From Okamejei kenojei (lineage: Eukaryota): 64,000 nt of DNA. The position numbers and the translations under genes were made by a program. Numbering within the stretch: position 1 is the first letter of the stretch; each line of letters starts with the position of its first letter. Shown in pieces: positions 40,291-52,260 of the stretch. The stretch is taken from contig CM069147.1 of the NCBI GenBank assembly GCA_035221665.1, forward strand, positions 44,888,001 to 44,952,000. Direction: 5' to 3'. The notes under the pieces were generated by a model. The model was not told where the DNA came from. It saw only the letters and a list, made by a program, of their open reading frames with translations, and ran no database searches.

Positions 40291-40690
40291 GGTGTTGAAT
40301 ACATTTTTTTTTTTTGCATGATATTAGAAAATGTTGGAAGTATGTAACATCAATTGTTACCTGCAACGCCTTGCTTCAGAAATGACTATCGAATGTTCTT
40401 AGCAGTGCAGTCAGAGAGACAAAAAAGAGTAAAAACCAGTGCACAAGAATTGTTTGTGGAAAGAGTCAGTTGCACGAAAGGCAGAAGTACTCTGATATTA
40501 AATAAATGAAAGGCGTGTGAATGCAGAAGGAAGTGGCAGCCTTTAAGTAATGTGTGGCCTCCAGACACAAGAGAGATGGATCACATGGGTACAGATGGGT
40601 ATTTTCAGAATGAGGATATGGCTAAAGACCAAAATTGTTCATGGAGAGGGAGAAAACTTGATTATTTTCTTGAAGTCTGTGAACACTATT

Positions 40691-41232
40691 GGGGGCGGCA
40701 CCGTGATGCAGCGGTAGAGTTGCTGCCTTGCAGCGTGAGAGACCCGGGTTCGATCGTTACTACGGGTGTTGTCTTTACGGAACTTGTACATTCTCACTGT
40801 GACCGTGCGGGTTTTCTCCGGGAGCTTCCATTTCCTCCCACTTTCCAACTACGTAAAAGTTTGTAGGTTAATTGGCTTTGGTAAAAATAAATTGATAAAT
40901 TGTCCTTTGTGTGCAAGATAGTGCTGGCGTACGGTGATCGCTGGTCGGCCCAGACTTGGCGAGCCAAAGTGCCTGATCCTGTGATTTATTTTTTTCGGCG
41001 ACTGCCGGCGTCATTGACTGACGTATCAGGGTCGCCAAAAGATTTTGAACATTTCGAAATCCAGCGGCGACAAAGAAAATGTTGCGACACTTGAGGGGAC
41101 ACCCCGCGTCACGCCGCGACTTTTTCGGTGACCTAATACATCAGTCAATGATGCCGACAGTCGTCGAAAATATTGCCAAGTGGGACAGGCTCTTAAATTA
41201 AACTAAAGTGAACTAAAGTAAACTAAACTAAT
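40691..41232 (+). mobile_element. HE1-like V-SINE with a nested Harbinger-like MITE (~40985-41193)
   Basis: The SINE head has gggttcgatc and a V-domain. The MITE right TIR aagtgggacaggctct ends at 41193 and is followed by taa. The SINE (ctaaa)-like tail resumes after it. Confidence 0.85.
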
Positions 41233-41236
41233 CAAT

Positions 41237-41365
41237 GTTTAAGAAGGAACTGCAGATGCTGGAAAATCGAAGGTAGACAAAAATGCTGGAGAAACTCAGC
41301 GGGTGCAGCAGCATCTATGGAACGAAGGAAATAGGCAACGTTTCGGGCCGAAACCCTTCTTCAGA
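41237..41365 (-). mobile_element. Short PLE insertion with hammerhead core
   Basis: The - strand reads CTGAAGAAGGGTTTCGGCCCGAAACGTT (41364-41337); aatcaat is repeated at both ends. Confidence 0.85.
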
Positions 41366-41474
41366 ATCAATCAATCATTGGGCGAATGACAAGTCAGCAG
41401 TAGCTCATGCTCGTTATTGTTCTGCTGTGAACAACCCCCACCTTCAGTCATTTCCCCATCCAGACAGAGAGAGT

Positions 41475-41785
41475 TGGCAATAACATGTCCACCTTCACAA
41501 TTTGAAACTGTTCAATCTTTTTGTCTCACACTTTCTGTTTTAATGTCTGCCCTCTGTTCCAACTGTCTGCCTATCAACAACCCCATGCCCCCCCCCCCCC
41601 GACTGTGTTCACCCATCACCTGCCACACTTTGTCCTGCCTCACCCCCTTCCCAACTTTCTTTTCCCCCACCCCACCTCACCTCACAATGTCTGAAGAATG
41701 CCCCCGACTCGGAATGTGACGTACCCATGTTCTCCAGAGGTGCTGCCTGACCCGCTGAGTTACTCCAGTACTTTGTGTCTTTTTT
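41475..41785 (+). mobile_element. Diverged PLE 3' region
   Basis: Pyrimidine-rich stretch, then tctgaagaa...gtgctgcctgacccgctgagttactccag. Confidence 0.75.
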
Positions 41786-42822
41786 TTGTGTCTTTTTCTG
41801 CGGATCCTTGTTTCTTCCTCACTTCATTGTTGTTTGATTTACTTAATTTAAAAGGTACTTGAATTCGTTTAAAATGTAGTTGCTATGAAATCCTGTGATG
41901 TTTTCCAGCAAATGAAATGAATAGCTTTCAAAATGTTGTGATGGTTCAGAGCTACAGACAAAGATGACAGCTTGTTTGCATGCAACAAAGTCAACAAACG
42001 CAAATAAATTGGGTAACTTGAAGCCTTATGCTAAAACTATTCCACATGTCTTCGCCTGTATAATTCACGTATTACTACAACATGTATTGTTGAAGTTCTG
42101 TTTGCAAATTTCATTAAATCCAGATGAAGAACAATTGATATAAATTTTAGTGGAATCGGCATTCAATGTTTGCAACTTACGTGGACGGACAATCAATAAA
42201 ACCAATGGGATTGTGAGTTGTTATAAGCAAAACCGTAGAACAGACCTAAGAAGAAATCGCAATCAAAGTATGCCAAGCCAGAACATAGGTAATCCACACT
42301 TAGAGCCCTTTGACCATTCTTGGAGCTGAGGAGAGGCATTCAGGCCTTGGGGGCAGTACATGGAGAGACCATCAGATCTTTCAGGTTGAGGTCAAGTTTA
42401 TGAGCTAAAGCTGGAGTGACTTGGGACTTGAAAGGAGGTGTCTGAGAGGTGTGAGGTGATTTTTGACTGATCAAAATCGGTGTTAACGAGGTGGTGATGG
42501 CCTTAAAATTGGGTTGGTAGATTTACAGCCCCATTAAAGCTTCAGGTTTGTCTGCTGCCATTTTGAAAGGGATTTTCTCTTGGATATCCAGAGCGCCTGC
42601 CTGTTTTCAGGTGTCAATTCCACCTTTTCATCGAATCCATGCCCTTTTAAATAGTTAAAATCCCAATTGCAACTGTAAGGATCACTTATTTCACTTATTA
42701 ATCCTCAGAGCAGTTCAGTATTAGCCCTCCCTGGTTTCCATCAGTGTTATATTCTCATAGATCTTGATGGAGCAAGAACATTCTTCCTGGTTTTTACACA
42801 AATAACAAAGGACGGTAAACGC

Positions 42823-43020
42823 AAGGAACAGCAGGCGCTGATTTACCAAGAAAAACACAAAGTGCTGGAGTAACTCAGCGGGTCAGGCAGCATCTCTGGA
42901 GAACCTGGATAGGTGAAGATATGTCGGGATCCTCTTCGGACTGATTGTGGTGGGGGGAGAAAGCTGGAAGAGTGGCAGTGGTGGGACAAAGGCTGGCTAG
43001 AGACAGGTGGATGCAGATGA
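42823..43020 (-). mobile_element. PLE 3' fragment
   Basis: acacaaagtgctggagtaactcagcgggtcaggcagcatctctggag... Confidence 0.8.
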
Positions 43021-43241
43021 AGGGCTGTTGCCTTTGGCTCTGGCTCCTACTCACTCTAGGTTTGCATATTTTATCAGCATATACTTTAGCCCAGAAAGTG
43101 GCACAGTGCATGTAGCATTGTGTTAAAATCTCCCCCATGATCTCACATATAAATCCAAACAATTTTAATATTGTATCACAAGGGCAATGCAAAAGGCGTG
43201 ATTCATGTCGAAAAGATCAAATTAATATCTGCTATCAGGAA

Positions 43242-43760
43242 GGTGGACATAAATGCTGGAGAAACTCAGCGGGTGAGGCAGCATCTATGGAGCGAAGGAA
43301 ATTGCCAACATTTCGGGCCGAAACCCTTCATCAGACTGATGTGAGGGTGGTTGGGGGGGGGGGTGAGAGAAGAAAGGGAGAGGAGGAGCCAGTGGGCTGA
43401 GGGAGAGCTCAGAAGGGACTGGAGAAAGCAGGGACTACCTGAAATTAGAGGTCAATGTTCATACCACTGGGGTGCAAACTGCACAAGCGAAATATGAGGT
43501 GCTGCTCCTCCAATTTACGGTGGTCCTCACTCTGTCCATGGAGGGGGCCGAGGACAGAAAGGTCGGATTTGGTATGGGAGGGGGAGTTGAAGTGCTGAGC
43601 CACAGGGAGATCAGGTTGGTTATTGCGAACCGAGCGGAGGTGTTCGGCGAAGCGATCGACAAGCCTGTGCTTGGTCTCACCGATGTAGAGCAGCTGACAT
43701 CTAGAGCAGCGGATGCAGTAGATGAGGTTGTAGGAGGTGCAGGTGAACCTCTGCCGCACC
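43242..43760 (-). mobile_element. 5'-truncated Penelope-like element: GIY-YIG endonuclease domain + pLTR with hammerhead
   Basis: ORF 43445..43759 reads NLIYCIRCSRCQLLYIGETKHRLVDRFAEH...VAQHFNSPSH...EEQHLIFRL...GMNID (GIY-YIG with CxxC). Downstream on the - strand is CTGATGAAGGGTTTCGGCCCGAAATGTT. Confidence 0.93.
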
Positions 43761-44467
43761 TATCTGGACCTTGTTTATCACTGATGGTCCTAGATAGAAC
43801 AAAGGGAGGAAGAATCCTAATAGTTTCAAGGCACATTTTGGAGTTCTGATTAGACAAAAAAAATACTCTTTATCTAAGGAAAAGGACATTACTAAGAAGT
43901 GATGCTTGTTAGTTTATGCTGTAGCTGATGATGTTATCATTCCTGGACTAGATGGTGTAGAGAGATGGGAAGTTCAACGAGCTAGACTGTGCTCAGTTCT
44001 ATCACGCTGCAACCACTTGGTAAGAAACTACAGTCTAGAGTTCATCATATTTCTACTGCCTTTCACTATTGACAATTCACTGCTGTTGGAGGTGTGTGTG
44101 AGTGTGCAATGTACACATCTGTATTGAAGTGCTAAGAGGCTGTGAGTAACTTGTGGAACTTTTGGTGTATTGCATATTAATTGTCTGCATTTTTTAATTG
44201 GGCTTCATGATAAGTGTTTATCTGCACTCCCACAATGTGTATATGATTTGTTAGATTGGAAAGTGCTTCTTTTGTCTTATTAAGTTGTCATGAGTTCCGT
44301 TGCATGGTGGTGATGTGACATCTCAGAAGCTGCAAGTAACACGAATCATTTGAAAGGTTGTTTGAATCTTGTGCATCATGTTGAATGTGTATGATTCTGA
44401 TGCTGAAGTCCCAATTTCAGAATGGAAGTGCAGACATTCTTCATTGAACTAGGTAACTGTATTCACT

Positions 44468-44895
44468 AGAGACACAAAAAACTGCAGAAGCTGGAATCTT
44501 GAGCAAAGAACAAGGTGCTGGAGGAACCCAGCGGGTCAGGCAGCATCTGTGGAGAGAAAGTCTAGGCGAAATTTTTAGATCAGGTCCCAGACAGAACAAA
44601 GGTCCTGACCCAAAACGTTGTCTGTTCATTCCCCCCACAGATGCTGTCTGACTATATTCACTAGTGATCTAGGAGATAATTTGTCAGACCTAAAATCTTG
44701 TGTGAGAAGTGAGTTAATTTTTCCAGCGCCCATAGGAACTGTAGTTAGTTGGAGCAAGCTTCGACGCTCCATGTACTGACCTGCTTCCTCAACATGGGAC
44801 TCGACCCTTTCCAGGGTCTCGATCCAAAACATTACCTTTCCATGCTCTCCGGGGATGCTGCCTGACCCGCTGAGTTACTTACCCGCTGAGTAACA
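44468..44895. mobile_element. Two PLE tail remnants (44468-44655 fold-back; 44800-44895)
   Basis: gtgctggaggaacccagcgggtcaggcagcatctg; gatgctgcctgacccgctgagttac. Confidence 0.75.
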
Positions 44896-45398
44896 AAGAT
44901 GGTCAGATCCTCCGTTTCTTCAGTTGGAATGAAAATCTCCCGATGAAAGATGCAAAGGTGAAACTTCAAAAAAACACTCGGCAGCTTTTGTTTATTGCAT
45001 ATCACCGTTCGGCCTGGACTGAATTTCGTAAGAGTAAATATCCTCTTTTTTTTACTTGCTATAACATTCATTAACTTGACTCTTTCATCCTGTGGCACAG
45101 ATGAAATTAATCTGCAGTTGCAAAGCACCGTTTTACTCAGGGCTTACTTTTGAAAGTGTTGAATATATAGATTTTAAAGTGGGCGTTTTTGAAATTAAAG
45201 CTGAACAATTCCGCAAAGCTAAAAAATTCTACCCGAAATACTAAGGTTATTAATATCCACAAACCTAGTCTTATAAGTGTTGTATGTGATTACATTTCAG
45301 TCTAAGATTGTGACCTACAGTAAGCCCCACTTAATTTCCTCCCACCCCTCCCCCTTTTAGTTATATGGTGCACCTGCTAAAACGATGTTTAAGTTCCC

Positions 45399-45474
45399 TT
45401 TTTAGAATTTTTTTAAAATCACTGTTGAAACAGTTTTTAGAATATTTTTTAAATCACTGTTGAAACAGTTTTTT
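45399..45474. repeat. 35-bp tandem duplication
   Basis: agaat...aaatcactgttgaaacagttttt occurs twice, starting at 45404 and 45439. Confidence 0.9.
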
Positions 45475-46032
45475 CCATCAGGGTTTTGAATTGGACACAG
45501 ACTTTTCTAAGTCAGACTTTTAAGAACACCAGGGCTTTGGATACCTTCCAGTTAAAATTATGGCAAACCTAGGCATCTAAATCAGCAGCTGACCTCCACT
45601 TTTCAAGGCAATACCCGTGGGCCTTTTAAATCACGGCTGTGTGGGTGAAAAGAAATCTTGTAAGTATAAGAAATCTTCAAAAGCTACTCTTTCTTGCAAG
45701 ACTTCTGTCATCAAGAGGAATTTGAAAAGCCTCTTGTGGAACAAGCTCAGAACAGAACTAGGACAGCAGGAAGATAGATCACTTGCTTTTAGCTCATTTC
45801 AGATACTCCTGTGGTAGTTTTACAAATGCATATGCGTGCCATCGTCAGTACATTGCAGGGCAAAGTATTGGTGGTAGATTTGCTGATGTCTGTATTGTTA
45901 ACTGTCTTGCTGGGTTCAACACCTGAAGTTACCAGGAAGGTAGTAAATATTGGCCCCAATTTTTATTTTTCTGAACTTTAGGGCAAATCCCTAAAGAACG
46001 TTTTTTGCCTGAGGAAGGGTGCTCGAATTTAG

Positions 46033-46700
46033 GTAGACACAAAATGCTGGAGTAACTCAGCGGGTGAGGCAGCATCTATGGAGAGAAGGAATGGACGACG
46101 TTCCGGATTGAGACCCTTCTTCAGACTGATGTGATTACAAAACTCATCTGGATATGGAATATAGGTCGACAATTGATGATTTAGCCCTAAAATGTGTAGT
46201 GAGACACAAAGTTCTGGAGTAACTCAGCGGGTCAGACAGCTTCTGTGGGGAGAATGGACCCTTCTTCAGACTGATTGTAGAAGTGGGTGGGGGGGAAAGG
46301 GCTTGAAAAGAGCCAACTGCAATCCCCGCTCAGGTGTGGTGAATATGTGAAAATCTTTGCTACCGAAGGCTGTGGAGGCCAAGTCCATGGATATTTTTTA
46401 AGGCCGAGATAGATAAATAGATTTTTGATTAGTGCAGGTGTCAGGGATTATGGGGAGAAGGCAGGAGAATGGGGTTAGGAGGGAGACATTGATCAGGCAT
46501 GATTGAATGACAGAGTAGACTTGATGGGACGGATGGCCGAATTCTACTCCTATTCCTTATGACCTACTACAATCTGAAGAGGGGGCCTGGCCCAAAATAT
46601 TACCCATGCATTCCCTCCACAGATGTTGCCTGACCCGCTGAGTTGCCCATGCATTTGTATTTTATTCATGTTTCCATCATCTGCTGTTTCTTATGTCTCC
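46033..46700. mobile_element. Cluster: PLE fragments (46033-46130, 46202-46290, 46570-46700) and a CR1 tail (~46330-46565, +)
   Basis: PLE tail and CR1 tail motifs as above. Confidence 0.8.
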
Positions 46701-47435
46701 ACTAAAATATGTAAATCCATGTGTGTGGTGTACAGTCCTTTATCTGAGTAATGTGTATGATCACACCTCTGGCTTCGACATGAACGTTTGGGTTTTGTGT
46801 GCCTATGTTGTGTCTGAATCTACTTTGAGTGGAGATCTACATTCCAATTCTGTATTGATTGCTAATTCAATGCAGCTTTCCTCACGTCAGTAGCATTTAG
46901 CAAAGGAAATAACATTTCCCTTGACATGCAAATCTTCCTTAAGATTGGGATGACTGTGAACTTTCCCTGTAGCATGGGATAAGTTGTAAATAACCAATAA
47001 ATATGCATCGCCAACACAAAGACATGACAAGACTTTTTTTAAATATTAGCACATTCATATTTATCTAGTTGGAATTTTTGTCCCAAGGCGCATAGCAGAA
47101 GAATAATTGGATGAAAATTGACTGAGCCAAACAAAATAATGTTAGAAGTAGTGATGTGAAGTTTGATCTGAGGCAATTTAAAAGGGTTATCTTTGAGGAG
47201 AGAGTGATGGAGAAGTTTAGGAAGGAAATACCACTTTGCTGAAGAAATGGTTGCCAATCGACAAGAGGCAAGAGTTGGAACAAAGCAATGTCCTCACAGA
47301 GTTGTAGGGCAGAAGATGTCCAAGGTGGATCAAGTCAATGAATAAACTGAACAGCAAAAATGTAATTTGTCTGAGAGATTGAACATAGGTTAATGGGCAC
47401 AGGTGTGCCAGCTATTATGATGAGGGAAGGGATAA

Positions 47436-48011
47436 AGTGTGTAAAATACATCTTCTATATGCGCTGGGACACATCCTCAGTGATGTGATCTGGGGTCATC
47501 GGGTGTTTTGGGTCTCACAACATCAGACACCCTCGCCCAGGCGACCCATCAGGCCCCGACTTGCGTCCCAGCAGCACCCGCCCACGGATCAGCCATTGTA
47601 ATAATCTGCAGGGGTTGGGAGACTCTAGTGCGTGGAGGGACTGGGCTCTGCCGGGCTCCTCCTGCGTCTCACCAGGTTCAAAGCCTGTGCGCTGCACCTC
47701 TTTCTCCTCCACTAGGCATTTCATTCTCGCCTGATGGATATTTAGGCCACGGTGGTTCATTATGCCTTTCCGTATTGGGTGTCTTTCTCATGAAAGACAC
47801 AGACTGGGCTGCTAACCCGGCCTGTCCCAGGTGCCGTCTCTCCGTGCCGGCAGCTGTCTCTCCAGTAGTCACCAAACTATTCCTGGTTGTTGCCTAGTCT
47901 ATTCCTAGGTGCCACTGGCTGAGCCAGACTTCAGTGTGAAAAACATACATCTTCTAGATGCGCTGGGACGCATCCTCAGTGATGTGACCTGGGGTCATCG
48001 GGTGTTTCGGG
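47436..48011 (-). mobile_element. Internally deleted non-autonomous derivative of an RLE-type (HERO-like) non-LTR retrotransposon, with terminal direct repeats
   Basis: 67-bp direct repeats at 47446-47512 and 47945-48011 (4 mismatches, period 499). The - strand ORF NHRGLNIHQARMKCL...QRTGFEPGETQEEPG resembles the second half of the N-terminal zinc finger region of HERO-like LINEs. It is fused to a 3' end (GSPGRGCLM..DPKHPMTP) that I recall from the same family. Confidence 0.65.
47468..47532 (-). ncRNA. Candidate non-circularly permuted hammerhead ribozyme
   Basis: - strand: GGGUGUC^UGAUGU-UGUGA-GACCC-(A/G)AAACACCC-N14-ACAUCA-CUGAGGA-U-GUGUC. Stems I (6 bp), III (6 bp) and II (4/5 bp) are in correct register with the core. 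GAAAC is intact in the second repeat copy. Confidence 0.5.
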
Positions 48012-48074
48012 ATTAAGAGATTAAAGTTTGTTTTTTTTTTTTTACGGATTATTTTTTGTGATGTGCATTTCATT

Positions 48075-48830
48075 GGCATGGGAGATGTTTATTTCCTGTT
48101 CCTAATTGCCTCCGAGGAGATAATAGTGAATTGTTGTTTTGAATTTCTGCCGTCCTTTGGGTGAGCGTGTCTGCACAATGCTGTCGGGAAGGGTGGTTCC
48201 TGACCTTAGATTCAGCAAGGTGAAGGAACAATTATATATTTATAGGTTTGGATGATGCGTAACGTGGAAGTGAGAGTGTTCCAGCGTGCCTGCTGAATTG
48301 GTGGCAGGTGAGACGAGCTACTGCTGTACATTTTGCAGATGGTATCTTTTGTAAGTCGCAGTATGCCGCAACTTAAAGTGGAGAGTTTGATGCCAATTGA
48401 CTGGGCAGCTTTCTGCAGGATGGTGGTAAACTTTGAATGGTGCACCCATCCAAGGGAGAGGTACCACCACATTCATTTTATGAGGAAGTGGAATTGAGTG
48501 TCATACAATCTCAATTAATGGTTGCACAATCCCCACTTCTTACTTTGTAGTGGAAGGAAAGTCATTGAAGAACCAATGATGATTGTTTTAGGATACAAAC
48601 CCTGAGAAGCTCCTGCAATGGTGCCCGGGGGCTGGAATAACCACAATCACCTTCCTTTGTTTAGGATACAACACCAACCATGGTCGTCCATTGAGCTCAG
48701 TATTGCTCAGGCTTCTTGATACCCTCTCATCAACAATGCTGCCTGATTCTTGGTCAAGAGCTTGTATTCGGAACTTTGGTACAGATGTGGACCTAGACTG
48801 TGATGAGATCTGGAGCTGAATGATCCCGGC
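48075..48830 (-). mobile_element. Old, diverged CR1-like LINE
   Basis: cctaattgcc...gaaggaacaattatatattt...gcacccatccaaggg; a related fragment lies at ~63285-63480. Family from recall. Confidence 0.5.
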
Positions 48831-48869
48831 AAAGTCAGGGGGCTGATGAATGAAAGCATTTATACATAT

Positions 48870-49080
48870 GTGTAGGAAGGAACTGCAGATGCTGGTTTAA
48901 ACCAAAGCTAGACACAAAAAGCTGGAGCAACTCAGCGGGACAAGCAGCATCTCTCAAGAGAAGGAATGGGTGATATTTCGGATCGTGACCCTTCAGACTG
49001 AAGATCCGAAACGTCACACATTCCTTCCCTCCATAGATGCTGCCTGTCCCGCTGAGTTGCTACAGCTTTTTGTGTCTATC
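48870..49080. mobile_element. Fold-back PLE fragment
   Basis: Inverted arms meet at cccttcagactgaag (~48989-49003). Confidence 0.88.
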
Positions 49081-49143
49081 ATCGCATTTGTACATATGTT
49101 TATTACTTTGACAGAATTGCGTGATGTAAAAGTGAGAACTTTT

Positions 49144-49437
49144 TTGATTGAACGATTGATTGATTGAAAGATTCAGCATGGAAACAGACCCTTCGTCCTC
49201 CCGAGACCATCGATCATTTCTTCACCCTGGCTCTGTGATCGCACTTTTGTATCCACTCCTTACACACAGATTTGCAGCGGGCAATTAACCTACCAACCCG
49301 CACATCTTCAGGATGTGGGAGGAAGTCACAGGGAGAACGTGCAAGCTCCACACAGGCAGCGCTCGTGGTCAGGATCGGACACAGGGTGTCTGATGCTGTG
49401 AGATAGCAGTTCTATCAGCTGTAATACTGTGCTGCCC
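49144..49437 (-). mobile_element. HE1-like V-SINE variant
   Basis: caattaacctaccaacc...gtgggaggaa..cacagggagaacgtgcaa is the reverse complement of the V-SINE body; (ttga)n tail. Confidence 0.75.
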
Positions 49438-52124
49438 ATCCCAGCATATTTTGAAAATCATGGTGAAATTCCCTTTTCAAGGAATTATTTATTTTTTCTG
49501 AACTTTGCTACCATACTGAACCATATAGCATTAATATTGACCACAACTGCCTGAAAGCCTCCTGGTGTGATGGCCAATACCACTCCAATGCTTGCTGATC
49601 ACGCTCTATTATTACCTATGCTTTACTCAAGGGATGCCATTTTAGATATCAACAGGAGACAAAGAGAGAAAAATGGTTTAAAAGCTTCCTATAATTTTTC
49701 GTGTCTTAAATGTTTCATTATATTGCAGTGAATTTCAGGTCAAAAATATTGTCCGTAAATACCGATAATCCACCCAGTTTATAATGTTCCAAGGTTACTG
49801 CTGCTGGTTTGTAGAGATAAGATTGCAGTCGTGACGGTACAGATTTGATCAACAGTACTGATGAGTTTGTATTTTGCAGAAAGATGGCATTTGCACCCTT
49901 GCGCCCATTTAAAAGATATAGTTTGTGGCAAACATTTTGTTTCTGTTGGCAAGTTGGGAGGCATTGTATAATTAATGGAACAGGGGTATAGGCTAAACTT
50001 ATTTTCCAGCAAATGTAAGTGTACATTGATTCATTCTGGTGAAAGTGGGAGTAGTAATGTTAATGTGCGGTTTGATCACAAAAGATGGTATCTTTAAATG
50101 CTCACGCTGAAGGTTCAAATGTGCTGCATTTAATAGATTCTTTTGTGGATAAGCCTTTAAAGTCTCGTTTAGGTTTAAAAGTCGGGAGTAAGCTCTCTGT
50201 AATACCCCAGAGCTAAAATCAATGAGCAGGATAATTCTACTGCTTGTAATACACATCCTTTCATGCATTTATACCCCTATCACTACCCGAAAAGGAAAAG
50301 TGCTGTTGTTTACAATGCAGCAAGAATGAGGTTGAACTGTATCTCCCAACTTTGTTATCTTGAAGATTTGTTTTACAAAGCGAATGCACCCACTCATATT
50401 AAATGATCTTATTGACATTCCCCGACTGACTATTACAGAACAACAGGGTTAATGTTGCACAACTATTTTCAAGTTGTGTATTGATCAGCGATTTTCTACT
50501 TTTCTAAATATATTTAAAAAAATGCTGGGATGTTGATCATGGCGAAATAGCTGTGGTTTATTATCTTGTGGGCTACACGTGAGCTAAATCAGTCTCTTAT
50601 ATTTTAGTAGCCAAAGTTAAATGACCATTACACACAAAGATATTTACATCTTGGCAGTATTGTGTTTAAGTAGCATCATAGGAAGAGATGGAAGTCATTT
50701 TGTTTACAGAATAGAGGTACAGACTTCAGTAAAAGTCTTCATTAATGTCAGGAATGCAGAGCAGGCAGTTTGGATACTGAGTCAGAGGTCAACAACCATT
50801 AGTATCTGTCAGGGAGCACAGAGAAGACCCTGTTGCTGACTTCATACAGGGTGTGAATGATAGCAGGCCCTGGAATAACGGGAAAACAAATACATGCATC
50901 TAGTGTGCAAAATCTTGACCGAAATGACCTTTTTGCACATCCACAAAGAGTTTGCAAAGTCAGACCAATGCATTACGATCTTTAGTTGTGTTAATTTATC
51001 ACAGTATTTAAAGAATAAATGTAAGGCCTTCTTCACATTCAGTAGAAAGTGAACATGAGACTCTTAAATAAGATCAAAGTGTTAATCCCACAGTTATTTT
51101 CCCCCTTTTTTTTCTTTGGTGTTCCCTCGGTTAAAATGGAGGACACAATGTGTTCTGTTCCCCAGCTGCAGGCTGACCAAATTTGACATGGGAAGCAGAA
51201 CTCTGTTCAATGCAAAACTCTCAGTGCTTTTAACGGAATTGTGTAAGGGCTGAACTGTAGCTGCTCCTCCGCAAACATAGTTAATCTTTTTGTTACAGTT
51301 ATTATGCTCATGTGTTAGTGACCAGATTCTGCTCACTTGCTAACATGTGAAGAATGTGGTTCTCTTACGTCTTTTAAATAAATTGCAAATTATCAATCTG
51401 TCTGAGCATGTATAATTAAGATATTAAAAGTACTGAATTCTTGGGCTATGTTTTACACTATTGATTTTTAACCAATAAAAATGAAGATAAATTAACAATT
51501 AAAGCTGCCAGTTGACCATGGGAGAGGGGAAATAACCTTCAATCTTTTAACTGTAAATTGTTAAGAGAATAAAATGGCCTACTCAGTAAGAGATGTAAGT
51601 GCTCCTGAAGATAAAGGAGTTAGCATTAGTTGTGTTGGATTACAGCATTATTGCGATGTCAATAATGTTCCATTGAGTAGAAAGAAACGGCTCAAGTAAA
51701 TACTTTGTACATTGTAGATTCTTATTGAGAAGCCAATAGTAATTTGGATTCTCACAGTTTGGATCAAATGAGCATCCACTGATTCCAGCCTATTTGATGC
51801 AAAATATCGCTCATGATATTTGAAGGAGGCCATTTCTCCACACTTCAGACATGCAAGAATTTATAAATGTTGCCTCAATCTTAACTCTATTGCAGTTGCG
51901 TTATTCAACTTGAGCATGCGCGGAAAATGATTGAGATGCGCCACAATTTATCAATATCTGGAAGAAGGAGATGCATTAATCCCTGGTGTCAGTTCTTCAC
52001 TAGAAACTATGATAGGCATTCTTTTTGTTTGCTTTTTATGAAAACCAGAACTGCAGTGCTTTTCCACCACTTCATGTCTTTATTTCTATGTTTATTTCTT
52101 TATTTTTTTTTTAAATTTCTTTGT

Positions 52125-52260
52125 TTGGACGGGAAAGGAATGGAGGGTTATGGTCTGAGTGTAGGTAGTTGGGACTAGGTGCGAGGAAGTGTCCGGCACG
52201 GACTAGAAGGGCCGAGATGGCCTGTTTCCGTGTTGTAATTGTTAGATGGTTATATGGTTA
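52125..52260 (+). mobile_element. CR1-type LINE tail
   Basis: ggaaaggaatggagggttatgg...gggccgagatggcctgtttccgtg with an (atggtt)n tail. Confidence 0.75.

Noticed and set aside
40691-40770. tRNA-like sequence (also at 18919, 23311 and 62918)
   Set aside because: These are SINE heads: the longer copies continue into the V-domain and LINE-derived tail, and I could not fold a full cloverleaf.
43445-43759. GIY-YIG ORFs (also 53277-53867) as host or domesticated genes
   Set aside because: They are 5'-truncated, lack RT, and are followed directly by the pLTR; one has a TSD. They are ordinary dead PLE copies.
47470-47530. C/D-box snoRNA or K-turn reading of the UGAUG...CUGA words
   Set aside because: There is no canonical RUGAUGA box with a terminal stem or guide. 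The hammerhead reading explains three stems in register, though a non-catalytic 3' recognition structure is not excluded.
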